From the UHGV virus genome UHGV-0387913: a stretch of 40,425 nucleotides of DNA; one strand, written 5' to 3'. The stretch comes from a virus. Shown piece after piece: positions 36,268-40,425 of this stretch. The stretch's first letter is position 1; every line of letters starts with the position of its first letter. The position numbers and the translations under genes were made by a program. The notes under the pieces were generated by a model. That model was not told the DNA's origin and did not search any database. It worked only from the letters and a program-made list of their open reading frames with translations.

Positions 36268-37272
36268 TTAGCCCATAAGTCTACCCTGAAGGTAGTTGTC
36301 CACCGGAAGGCCCCGACCCTGCTGTATGGCGAGACCATCGCAGGCCATCCATGCGTGCACTCGCTGCTCGATTACCGCAAGGTCGTGCTTCAGGTCCTCG
36401 GCGTTAATCCGTTCGCGCTCCTTACGCCACCTTGCGTGCGCCTTACGGCGTGCTCGACGTTCCTTATTGGCCTTACGCCGTGCGATGCGCAGCTCTCCGT
36501 TCGGGTCACGCTTAGCCTTGTTGCGCTTACAGCGTTCAATCACCTTGTCGTGCGCTATCTGCTCAATCCCAGCAAGTAGCTCCTCAGGTTCCAGTGAGAA
36601 AGGCTCACGTTCGCGGTCCTGTGAGAATGACACCGGGTCGGTTATTACTGGCTTGCCGTCTTTGGTGAACATGATGTTGCCGCTGTGCATATCGAAGGAT
36701 GCAATCCCGTAGAAGAACTTACGGATGTCCTTGCACGTCTGAATAAACTGCTGGTCTTCCTTGCGCTGGTCCTCAGGCTCGTAGTCACTTTCGACAAAAT
36801 AATACGCAAGCTCTGCGTAATGGTCATGCTCATCGTTCTCATGACGCTCGCACGGTACAAGCTCATCCAGTACCACCGTATAGCAGCCAGCGTGGCGCGC
36901 TACGTGATAGACGTTAGGAATCCCTACCCGGCCTTGATGCATCCGGCAGAAAGCCACGTAGGCGGCCCCTGAGTCCTCTTTCTTAAAGCCAACCTTAATG
37001 ACCTTGCCGGGTAACAGTTCATGCTTAAACGCTGCGCTGAAGTGACCATTGCCCAGCAGGTTAAACCCAGCATCTTTGGCCTTAATCCTCAGGGTATGCC
37101 AGTAATCCTGACATTCCAGACCACAGCTACTATCCGTATCATCACCGTCGGACGTCTCGCAGTTCACGATGTCCGCAATGAGGGCCACCAGTAGCGGCTG
37201 GCGCGTATCGAGTTCACAGATTGGTATATTGCGGAGGGCGTTTAAGCGTGCTTGTATCTCGGCGTAGTTCAT
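36268..37272 (-). CDS. 0.7: Protein kinase and host-shutoff protein (gp0.7).
   Basis: The sequence AGFNLLGNGHFSAAFKHELLPGKVIKVGFKKEDSGAAYVAFCRMHQGRVGIPNVYHVARHAGCYTVVLDEL...IASFDMHSGNIMFTKDGKPVITDPVSFS is nearly identical to T7 gp0.7. Confidence 0.95.
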   Translation of the reverse strand: MNYAEIQARLNALRNIPICELDTRQPLLVALIADIVNCETSDGDDTDSSCGLECQDYWHTLRIKAKDAGFNLLGNGHFSAAFKHELLPGKVIKVGFKKEDSGAAYVAFCRMHQGRVGIPNVYHVARHAGCYTVVLDELVPCERHENDEHDHYAELAYYFVESDYEPEDQRKEDQQFIQTCKDIRKFFYGIASFDMHSGNIMFTKDGKPVITDPVSFSQDREREPFSLEPEELLAGIEQIAHDKVIERCKRNKAKRDPNGELRIARRKANKERRARRKAHARWRKERERINAEDLKHDLAVIEQRVHAWMACDGLAIQQGRGLPVDNYLQGRLMG

Positions 37273-37303
37273 TAGTTGTTTCCTTCAAGTGGTTAGTGGC
37301 GAG

Positions 37304-37474
37304 TTATTGGTACGAGAGCAGCGTGAGTCTGGCCCACTTTACAGCGCAAGCAGCTTGGCGTGCTGTCATCTTGCGGTGTTTCGTTAGGATGCGCTTGGTT
37401 AGTGCGTCAGATGCACCATAAGCCATTACCAGTTGTGCGGCCCGAATGTGTCGTGTATCAATGCGTAGCGACAT
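37304..37474 (-). CDS. Small early protein in the gene 0.6 slot. The start is placed at an internal Met; the track ORF begins at 37510.
   Basis: The ORF is open, and the inner ATG has a weak SD (GUGGGGA). There is no recognisable homology. Confidence 0.35.
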   Translation of the reverse strand: MSLRIDTRHIRAAQLVMAYGASDALTKRILTKHRKMTARQAACAVKWARLTLLSYQ

Positions 37475-37655
37475 AGAATATCCCCACTTTGTTTGCCTTA
37501 AAGCGGCCATTAGGTAGCCGCACAGTAAAGCGAGGCAGTACGCCCCACTTCATGTAACTGAATGACGCCTTGTGTACCTTGAGACCCTTGCGAAAGTCCC
37601 GCACAAAGTACAGGACAATCAGGGCGTACACAAAGAGTACAAAGAGTGTTAACAC
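37458..37655 (-). CDS. Small hydrophobic early protein in the gene 0.5 slot, with a GTG start.
   Basis: The protein opens MLTLFVLFVYALIVLYFVRDF, a TM helix. The RBS AGGAGG lies 9 nt upstream of the GTG. Confidence 0.4.
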   Translation of the reverse strand: MLTLFVLFVYALIVLYFVRDFRKGLKVHKASFSYMKWGVLPRFTVRLPNGRFKANKVGIFYVATH

Positions 37656-37760
37656 GGGTTAGTAACCTCCTGTCAGCGTGATGGTCAAACTGCTTGCGTC
37701 AGTTTTAAACGTTAGCCCCGCTTTACGAGACCTGCAATGCAATCCAGAAGTGAATCGAGG

Positions 37761-37961
37761 TTAGGACATTCGATTGTCATTGTGCATTCTCTTGCGTGAG
37801 CGGTAGGTCTGGGCCATTTGGGCCATGTAGTAGCCGAACCAGTCGGCTTTTGCTTCAGGTATGCCAGCAGTGCACTCGCAAGCGGCCTTAAAAGCGCCGC
37901 GATATTCCTGCATGTCCTGCTGGGTGAGTCCATACTTAATCATCACAGTCTTCCTCTTCAT
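37761..37961 (-). CDS. Small early protein in the gene 0.4 slot, possibly an FtsZ inhibitor homologue.
   Basis: The protein contains ...IKYGLTQQD..., compared with T7 gp0.4 NVQYGLTAQT. An RBS AGAGGA is present. The start overlaps the acidic tail of gene 0.3. An alternative ATG lies at 37943. Confidence 0.45.
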   Translation of the reverse strand: MKRKTVMIKYGLTQQDMQEYRGAFKAACECTAGIPEAKADWFGYYMAQMAQTYRSRKRMHNDNRMS

Positions 37962-38304
37962 CTTCGTCCTCTGGCTCTTCCCACCAGATAATCCCAGAGT
38001 CGTTCAATACATCGTTGTACAGCGCCTCATAGATGCGAGCCTGACAGATGCGACTCACGTCCTTGGTGTCCGGGATGAAGCCCGAATCATCGAACTCATG
38101 GTCAATACCGTTAGCAGCCATAACCGTGAAAATCTCGTGGTAATAGTGCGGAACCTGACCATCTACCACCTCGTGTAGTGCATCAGACCAATCATCATGC
38201 TCGGTGAGTTCATCCTGTTGAATGCGCTCATTGAACAGCTCAACAGTTGCGGCCAGAAGGTCATAGTATGCGTTCGCGTTACGTTCCATGGTGTGTATCC
38301 TCAA
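37936..38304 (-). CDS. 0.3: Ocr-like DNA-mimic anti-restriction protein (gp0.3).
   Basis: The 122-aa protein contains DALHEVVDGQVPHYYHEIFTVMAANGIDHEFDDSGFIPDTKDVSRICQARIYE, compared with T7 Ocr [53 protein letters not shown]. It ends in the acidic tail EEPEDEDEEEDCDD. An RBS GAGGA is present. Confidence 0.9.
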   Translation of the reverse strand: MRIHTMERNANAYYDLLAATVELFNERIQQDELTEHDDWSDALHEVVDGQVPHYYHEIFTVMAANGIDHEFDDSGFIPDTKDVSRICQARIYEALYNDVLNDSGIIWWEEPEDEDEEEDCDD

Positions 38305-38342
38305 TGTTGATTGCTAGTTACCTAGCGTTAGTGGTTATCAGT

Positions 38343-38397
38343 GTGGTTACATTCAGGGTGACAGGACGTACCTTGCCAGAGACCTGAATGTAACCAC
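38343..38397 (-). promoter_or_regulatory. Perfect 15-bp inverted repeat (GTGGTTACATTCAGG / CCTGAATGTAACCAC) with a 25-nt loop, just upstream of gene 0.3. It is a likely R0.3 RNase III processing site.
   Basis: The repeat is seen directly in the sequence. T7 has its R0.3 site in the same place. Confidence 0.55.
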
Positions 38398-38645
38398 TAG
38401 TTAAACACTATTGTCGTGGTATACATATCAGCTTTTGACTAATCCATATTGTTAAAGAGCGGTGCTAGTTGCCTAGCGGTGTAAGCCTGATAACCTTACT
38501 CGTGAGCTGTAGCCCCTCAGCGGGCGACACTTTGCGTCCTGTATTACTCCGCCTCAGCGGTACACTAGCGAGCTAGTCAGGCTCTTGTTGGGCTGTAGTG
38601 CCCTCCCGAACTGTTACAGTGGCAGCCTGTAACGACCGTGTTTCA

Positions 38646-38674
38646 ATACTACTGTTTGTTCATCGTTGAGTCAA
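38646..38674 (-). promoter_or_regulatory. Candidate host sigma70 early promoter, analogous to T7 A2/A3.
   Basis: The minus strand reads GGTTGACT-caacgatgaacaaacag-TAGTAT (a 17-bp spacer), compared with T7 A3 TTGACAacatgaagtaaacacggTACGAT. It points toward gene 0.3. Confidence 0.45.
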
Positions 38675-38779
38675 CCACTTTCGTATGTCCGGTTGATGAC
38701 TACTTGAGACCCTTAGTCTAACCAGATAACTCGTGGTATTGTCTGGTTGTCGGTGACGTTGTGTCTCTCAACGGTTGCT

Positions 38780-38809
38780 AATGTCTCATAACGGATTCTG
38801 AATGTCAAT
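38780..38809 (-). promoter_or_regulatory. Candidate host sigma70 early promoter, analogous to T7 A1. It is weaker.
   Basis: The minus strand reads GTATTGACA-ttcagaatccgttatga(g)-GACATT, compared with T7 A1 GTATTGACTtaaagtctaacctatagGATACT. Confidence 0.3.
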
Positions 38810-38886
38810 ACCTTAAGTTGAACTTTATGTAGACCTATAGTGATAGTTATCTTTATGGTGATGGTCTCTTAGTAACACTTAAAGTG

Positions 38887-38909
38887 TCTCCCTATAGTGA
38901 TACCTAATT
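38887..38909 (-). promoter_or_regulatory. Phage RNAP promoter near the left end (phi-OL analogue), variant AATTAGGTATCACTATAGGGAGA.
   Basis: Twenty-two of 23 positions match the consensus. It lies about 414 bp from the inferred left terminus; T7 phi-OL is at nt 405. Confidence 0.7.
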
Positions 38910-39165
38910 GTTTAGTATATTGACACTGACCACTGAATAGCTTTATAGTAATGACTCACCGATACTCTTTGTCCCGCTCTTAGTGTCTCAGGGACTGCTA
39001 AACGAGATACTTAATGACGCTCTTAATGTGACCTACTAACAGTCACTGCTAAACGTTAGTCACGTGGTGAACCTTGTGAGCAGTCGGCTCACCTTAGGTA
39101 TATGGTCTCAGGTACTACCTCAGGTTGGCTCCTCAGGTATGACTTGGAGGATACTTGGAGAGTAC

Positions 39166-39323
39166 CAACAGATAGGGACACAGAGACATCAACATATAGT
39201 ATCACCTAAGGATTCCCACCAGTCCCACCTAAGGTTAAACCGAAGGTTTATGGGAGGCCTAGGTTACTGAGAGTGAACTGAGAGGGTACCGGGGGGGGAT
39301 AACCAAAAGTGTAAACTGTGAGA
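39166..39323 (-). repeat. Probable direct terminal repeat of about 158 bp, present once in this permuted assembly. The genome left terminus TCTCACAG maps to 39323 on the minus strand.
   Basis: The minus strand reads TCTCACAGTTTACACTTTTGGTTATCCCCCCCCGG...ACCTTCGGTT...TGTCTCTGTGTCCCTATCTGTT. This parallels the T7 TR (TCTCACAGTGTACGG...ACCTTCGGTT...GTGTCTCTCTGTGTCCCTATCTGTTACAG, 160 bp). Confidence 0.45.
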
Positions 39324-39507
39324 TATGCACTCAGAACTTTATGTCATATTCTTAAAGGTAACCTCAGGTATTCCTCAGGTAAGTGCATAGACCCGTAGGT
39401 AGACCCAATGAGTCACCTAAGGTTAACTTTAAGTATTGACTATTGAGGGATGGAGTGGTGTATGCTGGTAAGCATCACTACGGAATCCCTAGCGCGTCAG
39501 GAAGACC

Positions 39508-39657
39508 CTAATCGCTACAAGTGAGTAGAGAGCACACGAGAGTCTCCAATCCACTGAGTTGCTGCTGAGTGACCAGTGAAGCCCCAAGGGCACCAGCAAG
39601 TACCAGCAGAAATCGCCAAGTAGTCCTATGGCGCAGTAAGTTAAACAGTAAGCGCAT
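39508..39657 (-). CDS. 19.5: gp19.5.
   Basis: Manual translation gives MRLLFNLLRHRTTWRFLLVLAGALGASLVTQQQLSGLETLVCSLLTCSD, 49 aa, compared with T7 gp19.5 MFRLLLNLLRHRVTYRFLVVLCAALGYASLTGDLSSLESVVCSILTCSD. The RBS AAGGAGGA lies 4 nt upstream. Confidence 0.8.
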   Translation of the reverse strand: MRLLFNLLRHRTTWRFLLVLAGALGASLVTQQQLSGLETLVCSLLTCSD

Positions 39658-39798
39658 AGGTCCTCCTTATGTTGGCTCTTAGTGTCTTATAGTTAGAGGG
39701 TGATATTATCATCACTACCCTCTCTCATAGAGGAGACTTAAAGTGCATACCTATATGAATGAAACTTTAAGTAGTCTTATAGTATGTAACCTTGGGTC

Positions 39799-39821
39799 TC
39801 TCCCTATAGTGCTACCTAATT
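39799..39821 (-). promoter_or_regulatory. Phage RNAP promoter downstream of gene 19 (phi-OR analogue).
   Basis: The site is an exact consensus AATTAGGTAGCACTATAGGGAGA, positioned before gene 19.5 and the right end. Confidence 0.8.
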
Positions 39822-39901
39822 CCAAGTGTCTGTTATACTTAGGGTTTTCCAAAAGTGGCCTTCCGTGGCCTAATGAATCCTTATGCGCAATAACTGCATA
39901 C

Positions 39902-40425
39902 TCACCATTCGATGAACATAGAGCTGTCCCCGTCGTCTTCCCATCGGATATCCACACCGTTGCTGCTGGTGGTGCGGAACTGCGAGACGTTACTCAGGGG
40001 CTTCTCCATGTGGTGCTCCAAGAACTCCTGAAGTACCTCAGCCTCTATCTTAACGGCGTCCTGCTGCATCGTAGAGCGAAGGAACTCGACACCCAGTGCT
40101 AATGCATCAAGTCGGTCATCGTGCGCCACAGCGCCCTTCTCACGGCTCATACGGGTCATCTGGTAGAACAGGCTGTACTTCAGAGCGTGCTTACCGTCTG
40201 CATCACGCGCTGTTTGGTAGTCCTGTCGGATTACCTCATCACGGATGACCAAGCGGTGACTTGCTAGTACAGGCTCAAGGGTATCGCAGATACGGACCTC
40301 TTTCATGCCACGAGCACGAATCTCTTCGAGCTGCGCTGGGTGATGCTTCAGGAGCACAGGCTGGAACACGTTACCGAACATACCGTCACCGAAGTTACTC
40401 TCGAAGACAATAGTCTGTACCTGCC
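39902..40425 (-). CDS. 19: Terminase large subunit (gp19), C-terminal 174 codons. It continues from 1..1234 across the window boundary.
   Basis: The sequence ...[102 protein letters not shown]...SSMFIEW is nearly identical to the T7 gp19 C-terminus. Confidence 0.93.
   Translation of the reverse strand, partial: QVQTIVFESNFGDGMFGNVFQPVLLKHHPAQLEEIRARGMKEVRICDTLEPVLASHRLVIRDEVIRQDYQTARDADGKHALKYSLFYQMTRMSREKGAVAHDDRLDALALGVEFLRSTMQQDAVKIEAEVLQEFLEHHMEKPLSNVSQFRTTSSNGVDIRWEDDGDSSMFIEW

Noticed and set aside
37712-37933. A 73-aa minus-strand ORF that overlaps the gene 0.4-slot ORF in another frame.
   Set aside because: Its composition is A/L/P/R-rich and low-complexity. The competing frame has a T7 gp0.4-like YGLT motif and a better RBS.
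38831-38855. A degenerate promoter-like segment AGACCTATAGTGATAGTTATC.
   Set aside because: It lacks the AATTAGG upstream half and the GGGAGA initiation region. It is probably a decayed copy next to the real phi-OL site.
38881-38960. A plus-strand sigma70-like motif TTGACA-18 bp-TATAGT.
   Set aside because: It would transcribe away from all the genes, toward the genome end, and it overlaps the reverse complement of phi-OL. It is probably a chance match.

Overview
The window is a complete, circularly permuted genome of a T7-like podovirus (Autographiviridae/Studiervirinae, gene order 0.3 to 19.5), about 40.4 kb. It is shown as the reverse complement, so every gene lies on the minus strand; T7-style gene numbers are used as symbols. 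The window opens inside the large-terminase gene 19: the N-terminal 411 codons sit at 1..1234 and the C-terminal 174 codons at 39902..40425, and the frame runs straight across base 1 to base 40425. Read from the high to the low coordinate, the gene order is canonical T7. The early region holds Ocr, small membrane proteins, the 0.7 kinase and a 906-aa single-subunit RNA polymerase. Next come genes 1.1 to 6.7: ligase, the Gp2-like host-RNAP inhibitor, SSB, endonuclease I, lysozyme, primase-helicase, DNA polymerase and exonuclease. Genes 7.3 to 19.5 encode tail protein 7.3, portal, scaffold, the capsid with a programmed -1 frameshift, the two tail tube proteins, the internal core proteins 13 to 16, an 836-aa tailspike, holin, small terminase, the Rz/Rz1 spanins, large terminase and gene 19.5. 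Thirteen copies of one phage promoter, consensus AATTAGGTAGCACTATAGGGAGA, precede the expected genes. Its -8 to -12 bases differ from the T7, T3, K11 and SP6 promoters. The polymerase specificity loop differs correspondingly from T7 (T7 N748->K, R756->N, Q758->F). RNase III-type hairpins, the T-phi terminator, a T7-like roughly 158-bp terminal repeat that begins TCTCACAG, and flanking short repeats are all present. Accessory features not found in T7 include a 193-aa membrane and coiled-coil protein between gene 1 and gene 1.1 that carries an in-frame 21-bp x3 tandem repeat. An endonuclease VII-family gene is inserted between genes 11 and 12. The tailspike has a long C-terminal domain that looks like a depolymerase, and a 72-aa gene lies between it and the holin. 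A 40-aa ORF is translationally coupled to gene 4, and an unrelated protein occupies the gene 5.9 slot. Every plus-strand ORF in the track is antisense to a homology-supported gene and is judged spurious. Protein identities rest on alignments to T7 sequences recalled from memory; no database search was run.
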